Below, piece by piece: positions 19,187 through 28,321 of a stretch of DNA of 64,000 nucleotides (position 1 is its first letter; each line of letters begins with the position of its first letter). The translations under genes were made by a program, and so were the position numbers. Source of the DNA: an uncultured Acidimicrobiaceae bacterium (GTDB lineage Bacteria; Actinomycetota; Acidimicrobiia; Acidimicrobiales; RAAP-2); assembly GCA_963754755.1 (NCBI GenBank), contig CAVWHF010000004.1, forward strand, positions 781,357-845,356, written 5' to 3'. The notes below the pieces were generated by a model that worked only from the letters and a program-made list of their open reading frames with translations, searched no databases and was not told the DNA's origin.

Positions 19187-19882
19187 ATGCCGGTCGCTGT
19201 CATTACAGGAGGGTCACGGGGATTCGGGCGGGCCCTGGCCATCGCTCTGGCCGAGGACGGCTGGAGCCTGATCATCGATGGTCGTGATCGTCGAGCCCTG
19301 CAGGAGGTGGGTGACCGCCTCACCAGCGTGGGAGCGAGCCCGGAGCTGTTAGTCGGCGATGTGGCTTCTCGTCGCCATCGGACCGCCCTCATCCAATCGG
19401 CCCGGCAGGCCGGCTCGTTGGATCTGCTGGTCAACAACGCCAGCACCCTCGGACCGAGTCCACTGCCGAGGTTGGAGCACTATCCCCTCGCCGATCTGAG
19501 ACGGGTCTACGAAGTCAACGTCGTGGCCCCCTTGGCCCTGATCCAAGAGGCGCTCCCCCAGCTCCGTCAGTCGCAGGGCACGATCGTCTCGCTCTCCTCC
19601 GACGCCGCCGTAGAGGGCTACGAGGGCTGGGGTGGCTACGGCTCGTCCAAGGCCGCTCTGGACCAGCTCCACCGGGTGCTGGCCACCGAGGAGCCGCAGC
19701 TGCGGGTCTACCAGTTCGATCCGGGGGACATGCGTACGGCGATGCACCAGGCTGCCTTCCCGGGCGAGGACATCTCCGACCGGCCGGAGCCCGAGTCGGT
19801 GGTGGCGCCGTTCCGGGCGCTGCTCGGGTCGGGTGCCCCCAGTGGCCGCTACCGGGCCGATGCCTGGGTGACATGGCCATGA
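19187..19882 (+). CDS. SDR-family oxidoreductase
   Basis: 231-aa ORF preceded by SD GGAGGTG. Motifs are ITGGSRGFGRA, NNAS and YGSSKAAL. Confidence 0.88.
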   Translation: MPVAVITGGSRGFGRALAIALAEDGWSLIIDGRDRRALQEVGDRLTSVGASPELLVGDVASRRHRTALIQSARQAGSLDLLVNNASTLGPSPLPRLEHYPLADLRRVYEVNVVAPLALIQEALPQLRQSQGTIVSLSSDAAVEGYEGWGGYGSSKAALDQLHRVLATEEPQLRVYQFDPGDMRTAMHQAAFPGEDISDRPEPESVVAPFRALLGSGAPSGRYRADAWVTWP

Positions 19883-20934
19883 CGGCGGGAACGGCGGTGC
19901 CGGAGCGGTACACCTACGACCTGCCCGAGGCGCTGGAAGCCTCCGAACCCCCCGAAGCACGGGGGCTCACACGAGACGCCGTCCGGATGCTCGTCTCGCA
20001 CCGGGAGACGGGCTCGATCGTGCCAAGTTCCTTCGTGTTCCTGCCGCGGTTCCTGGACCCTGGCGATCTCCTGGTCATCAACACGTCCGGCACGCTGCCG
20101 GCGGCCATCGATGCGGAGGCCGATGACGGGACAGTGCTGGCCATCCATCTCTCCACCCAGTTGGACGGGACCAGGTGGGTTGTCGAACCCCGTCAGATCG
20201 TCGGCCACACCACCGGGAGGTGGACCGGCCCGCCACCGCCCCGGCACCTCCGGCTGGCCGGCACCGCCTCGGCGACGCTCGAGCAACCCTACGGGGAACG
20301 GGGGCGCCTGTGGATCGCCACACTCGATCTGGGCATGCGCACGCTCAGCTGGCTGGCCGCCCACGGCCGGCCCATCCGTTACGGCTATGTCGACCGGCCG
20401 TGGCCCATCGAGATGTACCAGAACGTGTACGCCACGAAGCCGGGCAGTGCCGAGATGCCGAGCGCGGGCCGACCGTTCACGCCCGAGGTGATCACCGGGC
20501 TCGTGGCCAAGGGGGTGGGGGTCGCCCCCGTGGTGCTCCACACCGGCGTCGCCTCATTGGAAGCGGACGAACTCCCCTATCCGGAGCGGATGACCGTGCC
20601 GGAGCCGACGGCCGCACAGGTGAATTGCGCCCACCGTGGGGGTCACCGGGTGGTCGCCGTCGGGACGACCGTGGTGCGGGCCCTGGAGACGGCGGGAGAT
20701 CCCGACGGAACCGTCCGCGCCTATGACGGCTGGACCGACCTGGTGATCTCCCCGGACCATGGCGTGGGCGTCGTCGACGGCATGATCACGGGCTGGCACG
20801 AGCCGGCGTCCTCCCACCTGATGATGCTGGAAGCGATCGCCGGTCGTGGGCTCCTCCAGACCTCGTACGAGGCTGCCCTGGCCCAGGGCTTCCGCTGGCA
20901 CGAATTCGGCGACACACATCTGATCCTCCCCTGA
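19873..20934 (+). CDS. queA: S-adenosylmethionine:tRNA ribosyltransferase-isomerase (QueA) family protein
   Basis: 353-aa ORF overlapping the SDR stop by 10 nt. QueA-like blocks are present: GDLLVINTSGTLPA, VVAVGTTVVRALE, ITGWHEPASSHLMMLEA, HEFGDTHLIL. Confidence 0.8.
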   Translation: MAMTAGTAVPERYTYDLPEALEASEPPEARGLTRDAVRMLVSHRETGSIVPSSFVFLPRFLDPGDLLVINTSGTLPAAIDAEADDGTVLAIHLSTQLDGTRWVVEPRQIVGHTTGRWTGPPPPRHLRLAGTASATLEQPYGERGRLWIATLDLGMRTLSWLAAHGRPIRYGYVDRPWPIEMYQNVYATKPGSAEMPSAGRPFTPEVITGLVAKGVGVAPVVLHTGVASLEADELPYPERMTVPEPTAAQVNCAHRGGHRVVAVGTTVVRALETAGDPDGTVRAYDGWTDLVISPDHGVGVVDGMITGWHEPASSHLMMLEAIAGRGLLQTSYEAALAQGFRWHEFGDTHLILP

Positions 20935-20974
20935 GGATCCATCGCCGCCGGTGGGGGTCAGCTTCGACGAGCGG

Positions 20975-21005
20975 GGTACCTCCCGGTCGGATGCCGGGAG
21001 GTGCC
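20975..21005. terminator. GC-rich hairpin between convergent genes (candidate bidirectional terminator)
   Basis: The hairpin is GGTACCTCCCGG-TCGGATG-CCGGGAGGTGCC, an 11/12-bp stem. There is no U-tract. Confidence 0.4.
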
Positions 21006-21057
21006 TACCGAACCCGTCCGCCCCGTGGTGCCGTCCGGCGGGAACAGCCAGCCGACA

Positions 21058-21513
21058 TCAGCTCACCAGCACGTTGGGGCGGGGCAAGCCCTCGGCCTCA
21101 CACAAGGCGTAGTACGCCTCGAGGGCGCCCGGTCCGTCGAAGACGCTCTCGATGCTGCCATCGGCGCCCAGGTTGAGGTTTACCCCGTACATCTGGAACC
21201 ACACCTGGGTGTCGTCCTCGACGCACTCGAGGGTATGCACGGATCCGGCCGGTTCGAACAGGAAGGAGCCGGCCCTGTTGACATAGTCGTACTCGCGGTA
21301 CTTCCAGGCACCGGACATCGTGTAGCCGTAGACCGGACCGGTGTGGCGGTGGGTCTGCACCGCATAGCCGGCCTGGAAGATGTTCTCGACGATCCAGAGG
21401 CCCTCGGCCACGTCGACCTGGATGACCTTGAGTTTGTTGCCCCCGCCGATCTCCACAAACGGAAGGTCGGTTGAGCCCCGATGCTGGGCCTCGGTGGCTG
21501 TGACGATGGTCAT
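21058..21513 (-). CDS. Cupin-fold 2,4'-dihydroxyacetophenone dioxygenase-family protein
   Basis: 151-aa ORF with a cupin metal motif region (QTHRHTGPVYGYTMSGAWKY...FLFEPAGSVHTL). Confidence 0.75.
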   Translation of the reverse strand: MTIVTATEAQHRGSTDLPFVEIGGGNKLKVIQVDVAEGLWIVENIFQAGYAVQTHRHTGPVYGYTMSGAWKYREYDYVNRAGSFLFEPAGSVHTLECVEDDTQVWFQMYGVNLNLGADGSIESVFDGPGALEAYYALCEAEGLPRPNVLVS

Positions 21514-21748
21514 GTGTGCTCCTCGAGTGTCAGTCGGGCACCTCCGTCACGGCATTGGCTCGGTGTGCGCCCGAATCAAGATGTGCCAGTTCCGGCACTA
21601 CACAGTGGCATAGATGACCGTGGAAGGTCCACGGGCCGGTGACACCCTCCGACGCGGCCCGGTGAACGGCTGACGACTGTCAGGTTCCGGGGTCCCACCT
21701 GCTCCGGCAGGCGTTGAGTCCCCGGCGTCCCTCGCCGTCCGGGTGCGG

Positions 21749-22451
21749 CTACCGGTGGAGCTGGGGGTCGTGGTGTGAGTGGTTCCGGTGACGAGCGGCC
21801 CGGTGCCACAGGAAGATCCCACCCACCACGAGCAGCAGCCACGGGATGTGGACCGCCCAGAGGGTGGAGCCGGCCGCCGCCACCAGCGCCATGGCTATCA
21901 CCACCGGCAGGAACAGTCGCCGCCGCCGTCGGGGCGGCTCGGGATCCTCGGCTAGCCGGGGGAGGTCGTCGAACAGGCCGTCGAGGTCGCCGCGGGTCAC
22001 CGCCCCCATGGCCCGGTCCAGCCTGGTCTTGAACTCGGCCTGGTCGAGCCGACCGTCGGCGAAGTGCCGCGACAGCCGCTCGGCCACCTCGTTGCGCTCG
22101 GCGTCCGAGGCGCGGAGCCCCGATCCGTCGTCGGGGCCTGTTCGGTGGGTGGAGCCGGGGTAGGCGGGATCCCATCGGTAGCGCATGGCGTGTCTCCTTC
22201 GCTCGGTCTGGGTACGGTGCGTCAGTGGCTGAACTGGTGGCCCAGCATGCTCCTCGGCCATCGACTGCTCGGACCCCTCGTCGGGGATGAGCAGCCAGCC
22301 GGCCAGATACAGGGGTACGGCGAGGCCGCCCATCAGGGCCAGGACGACGAAGCCGATCCGGACCAGGGTGGGATCGATGTCGAGGTAGTCGGCCAGTCCG
22401 GCGGCCACTCCGGCCGAGCATGCGCCCGGACCGGATGCGGTGCAGGCGCAT
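21749..22451 (-). pseudogene. PspC-domain / DUF1707-domain membrane protein, frame-disrupted as sequenced
   Basis: The N-terminus MRLHRIRSGRMLG is in the frame of ORF 21576..22529. The PspC helix VAAGLADYLDIDPTLVRIGFVVLAL, the DUF1707 block (RASDAERNEVAERLSRHFADGRLDQAEF) and 2 C-terminal TM helices are in ORF 21749..22408. An extra C near 22412 causes the shift. Confidence 0.7.
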
Positions 22452-22771
22452 CGCGGTCCGGTTCCGGCTCCGACTCCGGTGGGGCCGGGGTCCGACGGTG
22501 GTGGGTTGGAGACGTGTGGAAGTGGTCATGGAGCCAGCCTGACGGCCGGCGGCCCGATCCGGTATCGGGCACGTCCCTGGTCGGACCCTGATGGCGGGCC
22601 CATCGGGTCAGGGATGTCCCTGATGGCCAGGCCCAGCGGGGTGCGCGATCATCGGGTATCGCCAAACCCACCGATTCCCGCACCGGGGTACCCGGCACGC
22701 CGGACCCCCCTCCGCCCGCCAACCGGGACGGATGGGGCGACTCGGAGTCGCGGGCCGCTCCTGGTACGGTC

Positions 22772-24031
22772 GTGGGGCCCTCCCACCCGGGGCCAGCCAC
22801 GGCGGCCCCGGCCGCCTCGGCCCACCGCCACCGGAAGGGTCCGGTCCGCCGCAGCCGGGACACCCGGGTCGTCGCCGGCGTGTGCGGCGGGATCTCGGAG
22901 GCCACGGGCATCGACGTCACCCTGGTCCGGATCGGCTTCGTCCTGCTGTCCCTGGGCAGCGGGGTCGGGATTCTGGTCTACGCCCTGGCCTGGCTGTTCG
23001 TCCCCCTGCAGGGAGAGACCACCACCATCTTCTCCCGGGCCGTCAGCGACCGCCGGGGCATCCGGCTCATCGCCGCCATCATCCCCCTGCTGGTGCGTGG
23101 TCCAGATCGTGTCGGCCGGGCTCCACCTGGGCTACGTGGGTTCGTTCAGCTGGCCCCTCTTCCTGGCCGCCGGGGCCGCCATCCTCATCCGGCGCAACGC
23201 CAGCCAGGACGAGCGGGTGTGGATCAACGACGACCTGCTCCCCATGTTCCGGACCGGGCACGACCGCCACACCCGGACCTCGCTGGTCGTCCGCATCGCC
23301 CTCGGGATCCTGGTCGGCATCGGGGGGCTGTTCCTCCTCCTCGACGGGCACCCGACCTCGGCCGCGCTCCTGCCGGTCGTCCGGCGCATTGCTGGTCCTG
23401 GCGGCCATCGTGGTCATCTTCGGACCGTGGTGGATCAGCCTGGTGCGCGACCTGATGTCGGAGCGCCAGGCCCGGGCCCTGGCCGAGGAGCGGGCCCAGA
23501 TGGCGGCCCACGTCCACGACTCGGTCCTCCAGACCCTGGCCCTCATCCAACGGTCGGCCGACGATCCCCAGCACGTGGTCCGGCTGGCCCGGGCCCAGGA
23601 GCGCGAGCTCCGGTCCTGGCTCTTCGAGGGCCGGCCCCCCGGTTCCGTCGCCGCCGAGGCGACGACGGTGGCCGAGGGCGTCGGCCTCCTCCAGCGGCTG
23701 GTCGAGGCCGACCACGGGATCACCGTCCAGGTGGTGGTGGTCGGAGACTGCCCGCTGAACGACCGGCTGCGGGCGCTGCTGGACGCGGCCCGCGAGGCCA
23801 CGGTGAACGCGGCCAAATGGTCGGGGGCGCCCGAGGTCTCGATCTACGGCGAGGTCGAGCAGCAGTGCGGTCACCGTCTTCGTGCGCGACCGGGGTCGGG
23901 GGTTCGACCCGTCCGACGTGCCCGGGGACCGGCAGGGGATCGCCCAGTCCATCCGGGCCCGGATGGCCCGGTTCGACGGCTCGGCCACCGTCCGTTCCGC
24001 CCCCGGCCAGGGCACCGAGGTCGAACTGTCC
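22772..24031 (+). pseudogene. PspC-domain sensor histidine kinase (HisKA_3/HATPase), frame-disrupted at least 3 times as sequenced
   Basis: The PspC domain (VAGVCGGISEATGIDVTLVRIGFVLL) is in ORF 22772..23455. TM helices are in the frame of ORF 22440..24191. The DHp/ATPase part (AHVHDSVLQTLALIQ, NAAKWSGA) is in ORF 22732..24063. The ATP lid (VFVRDRGRGFDP...GTEVELS) is in ORF 23882..24604. Shifts are near 23095, 23380 and 23865. The 3' end is not resolved. Confidence 0.7.
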
Positions 24032-24714
24032 ATGCCGCGGCGCCCTCGAGCTGCGTGCAGTGACGCCGGGCGGCCCCGTGTCTTTCTGGTCGACGACCAC
24101 GCCATGTTCCGCGCCGGGGTGCGGGTGGAGCTGGGGGATGCGGTCGACCTGGTCGGGGAGGCCGACGAGGCGGCTGCCGCCATCGAGCTGATCGGCGAGC
24201 GCACTCCCGACGTGGTCCTGCTCGACGTGCACCTGCCCGGCGGAGGCGGCCAGGCCGTGCTGGCCGGGGTGCTGCCCCACCATCCCGAGGTCCGCTTCCT
24301 GGCCCTATCGGTGTCCGACGCCCCCGAAGACGTGATCGCCGTGATCCGGGCCGGGGCCCGGGGCTACGTCACCAAGACCATCTCGGGCCCGGAGCTGCTC
24401 CGTGCCGTGCACACGGTGCGGGCCGGGGATGCCGTCTTCTCCCCGCGGCTGGCCGGGTTCGTGCTCGACGCCTTCGCCGACGGGTCCGGACAGACTCCGG
24501 CGGCGGGTCTCGATCCCGAGCTGGACCAGCTCTCCCCCGGGAGCGCGAGGTCCTGCGGCTCATCGCCCGCGGCTACACCTACAAGGAGGTGGCCCGCGAT
24601 CTGACGATCTCGACCAAGACGGTGGAGTCCCACGTCTCGTCCGTGCTCCGGAAGCTGCAGCTGTCCACCCGGCACGAGCTCACCCGCTGGGCCACCGAGC
24701 GACGACTCGTCTGA
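24032..24714 (+). pseudogene. LuxR/NarL-family response regulator, frame-disrupted as sequenced
   Basis: The REC domain reads RVFLVDDHAMFRAGV...DVVLLDVHLPGG. The HTH REREVLRLIARGYTYKEVARDLTISTKTVESHVSSVLRKL is in another frame. The shift is at the C5 run 24534-24538. The stop is at 24712-24714. Confidence 0.75.
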
Positions 24715-24728
24715 GGGGCGGGAGGGAC

Positions 24729-25085
24729 GTGCAGGACCCGGATGGCCGCGCCCTACTGGAAGCGGAGCGACGGGCGGCGTGGGACCGGGCAGAGACGATG
24801 CGGACGGAGCTGGAAGGACTGGCCGGCGATGCGGACCACGCCAATGGCGACGACGAACACGATCCGGAAGGATCGACGGTGGCCTACGAGCGGGCCCGGG
24901 TGGCGGCGCTCCTGGCCAAGGTCGAATCCACCCTGAGCGATCTGGACCGGGCGTTAGCGAAGCTGGCGAACGGGCGCTACTCCCGGTGCGAAGTCTGCGG
25001 CGAGCAGATCGCCCGGGACCGCCTCGAGGCATTGCCCGCCGCTCGGACCTGTTTTGCGTGCGCGACCGCAATTCCCCTTCCGTGA
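24729..25085 (+). CDS. DksA/TraR-family C4 zinc-finger protein
   Basis: The GTG start follows GGGAGGG. The C-terminal zinc finger reads CEVCGEQIARDRLEALPAARTCFAC. It lies 14 nt after the regulator stop. Confidence 0.75.
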   Translation: MQDPDGRALLEAERRAAWDRAETMRTELEGLAGDADHANGDDEHDPEGSTVAYERARVAALLAKVESTLSDLDRALAKLANGRYSRCEVCGEQIARDRLEALPAARTCFACATAIPLP

Positions 25086-25103
25086 CCGAGCGACCCGACC
25101 TGT

Positions 25104-25355
25104 TCAGATGTAGGTGTCGTCCCGGCGCACCACGTTCCCCCGGCCGTCGTCGACCACGGTGCGATGGCGACGTGGTCCGGATCCGGCGAACAGGGCCAGC
25201 AGCGACAGTACGGCGCCGACGGCGCCGACGATCATCAGGATGACGCCCACATTGTGGATATTGAATCCGTGCTGATCTGGCCCCACGGTCACGGCAAAGT
25301 CAAGAACTGCGCCGACCGCAAAGGCGACGATGCTCGCTACCAATCCACCTGCCAT
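25104..25355 (-). CDS. Small membrane protein (DUF6458-like: two TM helices plus charged tail)
   Basis: 83-aa ORF: MAGGLVASIVAFAVGAVLDFAV...NVGVILMIVGAVGAVLSLLALF. Confidence 0.65.
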   Translation of the reverse strand: MAGGLVASIVAFAVGAVLDFAVTVGPDQHGFNIHNVGVILMIVGAVGAVLSLLALFAGSGPRRHRTVVDDGRGNVVRRDDTYI

Positions 25356-25442
25356 GGTCCTGCCTCCTCGTTTGGGTGATGATGCCCAGATGCTCTGCCC
25401 ACTGGGGCGTGAGGTCTAAACATCGGCTTCGGACAGTCGCTC

Positions 25443-25585
25443 CTAGTAGTAGTGCTTCCGTCCGCCAACGGCGCGCCCCATCGCTCCCAGGAGCAGGAGT
25501 ATCAGACCCACCACGAGGACAAGGATCCCGAGACTCCACAGGATGGGAATCCGATCAGCAATAAGACGACGCCGAGGACGATCAC
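25443..25585 (-). pseudogene. Tiny (about 47 aa) hydrophobic protein, frame-disrupted as sequenced
   Basis: The strong SD AAGGAGA lies 4 nt before GTG 25585. MIVLGVVLLLIGF is in one frame and PILWSLGILVLVVGLILLLLGAMGRAVGGRKHYY is in the frame of ORF 25443..25724. The two join at the GGG/CCC run 25545-25547. Confidence 0.5.
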
Positions 25586-25816
25586 GAGGTCTCCTTTGTT
25601 CGTGTGCCGTTGCTGGCGTCGAGATACCCAGTTCGGATTGCACACAAACCGGAGACGGTGACATCGGCGAGGACGATCGGGACCAGTCGGCGTTCTGTCC
25701 CGGGCGTGGCGACCGTCCCCCCACGACCCTGGGGTCTGCCGTCCTCCGAGGGGAACGTGCGGCCGCGAAGCAACAGCGACGAAGCGGGGCCGGTACGGGG
25801 AGGGACGAGCCGGTGG

Positions 25817-28102
25817 TTACGACGTACCCAGCATCGGCGACCCGGCCGATGTTACCGGTTCACGATCGGCTGCCGCCCGCTCCCAGAATGTCTCGATGAC
25901 GGCGGCGTCGAGAGGACGGGAGAACAGGTATCCCTGGCCGATGTCGACTCCCTCCCGCTGGAGCTGATCCCGCTGTTCGACGTGCTCGATGCCCTCGGCC
26001 ACGGTGGTCAGTCCCAACACCTTTCCCAGTTGGACCAGGGTGTGGACGATCGCCGTCGATTCCCGGCTCTCGAGCATGCCCGACACGAAGGACTGGTCGA
26101 TCTTCAGGACATCGATCGGAAGCTGCCGCAAGTAGGCGAGGGAGGAGTAGCCGGTGCCGAAATCATCGATGGCCAGTCGCACACCGAGGCTCTTCAGCAG
26201 GGTCAGTCGGGTCAGCGTCGCCTCGACGTCGTTCATCAGGGCGGTCTCGGTGACCTCCACGATCAGCCGGTGCGGCTCCAGCCCGGATGCGGCCAGGGCC
26301 CGATTCACGTCATCGATCACCCGATCCCGTTCCAGTTGAATGGCCGACACGTTGACCGAGATCGTCTGGATCAGACCCTTGCGTCTCCAACGCTCCCCCT
26401 GCTCACAGGCCTGCCGGAGCACCCATTCACCCACCGGCACGATCAGCCGGGTTCTCTCCAGCGCCGGAATGAAATCATTGGGCTGAATGACACCCCGGTC
26501 GGGGTGGCGCCAGCGGAGCAGCGCCTCCACCCCGATGAATCGGCCCGAGCTGAGATCGACGGTCGGCTGGTACTGCAGGAAGAACTGCTCGTCCTCCAGC
26601 GCACGCTGGAGATCGACATCCATGGCCCGGTGCCTTGTAATCGCCTCTTGCATCGAAGGAGCGAAGGTCACCGAGCAGTGCTTCCCCGTGGCCTTGGCCT
26701 CGTAGAGGGCGATATCGGCATCGCGGAGCAGGTCGGCCCGAGCCAGGGCCCCCTCGGCGATGCCGATGCTGGCGGTCACCTGGAGGGCCACGTCGGACCC
26801 GGGAACCTCAAAGGGTGTGTCGAGAAGCCAGTGGATCCGTTCGGCAACCGACTCGGCACTGACCCGGGCCGCATCGTGGACCAGAACCACGAACTCATCC
26901 CCGCCGAGCCGGCCCACGGTGTCGCCGTCCCGTACGGCCTGGGACAACCGAGCACCGACACCGGCAAGGAGTTGATCACCCACCTCGTGGCCCAGGGTGT
27001 CGTTGATGTCCTTGAAGTTGTCCAGGTCGATGAACAACACCGCCGTCAAGGCGGGTTGCCGGCTCGCCTGTTCCTGCAGTCGCTCCATACGACGGTGGAT
27101 CAGGGTTCGGTTGGGCAGACCGGTCAGCGCGTCATGTTCGGCGGCGTAGGCCAGCCGGTCCTCGGCGTTCTTCCGACGGGTGATGTCCCGCATGTTGGCC
27201 ACGATCCCGGCTACATCGGGATCAGCCGTGAGGTTGGTCAGGGCGGCCTCAAACCACAGATACTCCCCGTCGTTACGGCGAAGTCGGAACTCCTGGAACG
27301 CCGTGGAACCGGCCGATCCGGCCGTCTCCAGCGACCCCCGCAACCGGGGGAGATCGTCGGGATGGACGAGAGCCGCACCGGAGACGCTCTCGGCCTCGGC
27401 GACCGGATAGCCGAGAACCACCTCGAATGCCGGGCTGGCGTAGATGATGGATCCGTCCGGTTCGACAATCAGGACGATGTCGCTCGACCGCGTGACCAAC
27501 GCCGAGAAGCGTCGCTCCGACCGCCGGAGCTGATCGGACAACTGCTCCTGATCCGCGGTGGCTCTACCGAGCATCTCGATGACCACGAGCGCCCCCAGCA
27601 GTCCCAGGGCGGCGACACCTTCGACGGTGGGCTGATGGATCAGTGTCGGGGCACGATGGGTGATGATGGCGATCTGGCCGAAGACGATGAACGTTGCCGT
27701 GAGGATCAAACAGGGCCAGGTCGCCGATGATCCGTACATCTGCAACCCCGTGGCCGCGCCGAAGATGAATCCGATGGACAGGATGGGTCCCCAGCCGGTG
27801 GAGTAGGCGACGACCGCGATCACCGCCATGCTGGTTGCGATATTGGCGTTTCGCTGCCACGGCCGCGCCGAGGCAGACCACAGCGCCGAGTGGCCGAGCC
27901 GGATGACTCCAGCCGCCATGATGATGGTGATGTAGAGCCAGTAGGGCTCGGGGGCGATGAGGTCGAGCCAGCGAAGCAGGCAGAAGGCGCCGGCGACGAC
28001 GGGCAGAACCAGCAACGTCGGGTCGGCCAGTTCCTCCTTCAGCCGGCCCGTGAAGGAGCCCAGCGGGGGAGATGCCCTTCCCGGTGAGCTCACAGGGTCC
28101 AT
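25817..28102 (-). CDS. Membrane-anchored PAS-GGDEF-EAL protein (diguanylate cyclase/phosphodiesterase)
   Basis: Lies within ORF 25817..28159. It has N-terminal TM helices and a PAS domain, then RLGGDEFVVL (GGDEF). The EAL part shows EALLRW and DDFGTGYSSL. Confidence 0.9.
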   Translation of the reverse strand: MDPVSSPGRASPPLGSFTGRLKEELADPTLLVLPVVAGAFCLLRWLDLIAPEPYWLYITIIMAAGVIRLGHSALWSASARPWQRNANIATSMAVIAVVAYSTGWGPILSIGFIFGAATGLQMYGSSATWPCLILTATFIVFGQIAIITHRAPTLIHQPTVEGVAALGLLGALVVIEMLGRATADQEQLSDQLRRSERRFSALVTRSSDIVLIVEPDGSIIYASPAFEVVLGYPVAEAESVSGAALVHPDDLPRLRGSLETAGSAGSTAFQEFRLRRNDGEYLWFEAALTNLTADPDVAGIVANMRDITRRKNAEDRLAYAAEHDALTGLPNRTLIHRRMERLQEQASRQPALTAVLFIDLDNFKDINDTLGHEVGDQLLAGVGARLSQAVRDGDTVGRLGGDEFVVLVHDAARVSAESVAERIHWLLDTPFEVPGSDVALQVTASIGIAEGALARADLLRDADIALYEAKATGKHCSVTFAPSMQEAITRHRAMDVDLQRALEDEQFFLQYQPTVDLSSGRFIGVEALLRWRHPDRGVIQPNDFIPALERTRLIVPVGEWVLRQACEQGERWRRKGLIQTISVNVSAIQLERDRVIDDVNRALAASGLEPHRLIVEVTETALMNDVEATLTRLTLLKSLGVRLAIDDFGTGYSSLAYLRQLPIDVLKIDQSFVSGMLESRESTAIVHTLVQLGKVLGLTTVAEGIEHVEQRDQLQREGVDIGQGYLFSRPLDAAVIETFWERAAADREPVTSAGSPMLGTS

Positions 28103-28321
28103 CCTCTCTCCATCGGCAGTCGAACCGGGACCCTTGAACTGGGAAAAGGCTCCGTGCACGGGGTGACCGGGTGGAACCGGATCCGTGACCCCTGTATCAG
28201 GGGAAAGCGGTGCCCCACCGGGCTGCCGGCAGCCGAGCTGGCTACTGAGAGTCGACCGGGAAGCGGTGGCTGCTGTCCATCACCGTTAGCATCTACGGCT
28301 CATGTCGATTCTGGAGACCAT

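Noticed and set aside
22440-24191. 583-aa plus-strand ORF read as one protein
   Set aside because: Only its central ~95 codons (VQIVSAGLHLGY...LLPVV) belong to the kinase. The rest is out-of-frame reading of the intergenic region, the ATPase domain and the regulator.
24520-24550. Programmed ribosomal frameshifting as the explanation for the frame switches
   Set aside because: There are no slippery heptamers or downstream structures. The switches occur in both directions, in unrelated genes and inside conserved domains. Indel error or mutation is far more parsimonious.
25604-27730. 708-aa plus-strand ORF
   Set aside because: It is antisense to the PAS-GGDEF-EAL gene, whose motifs are intact. 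No domain is recognisable in this ORF.
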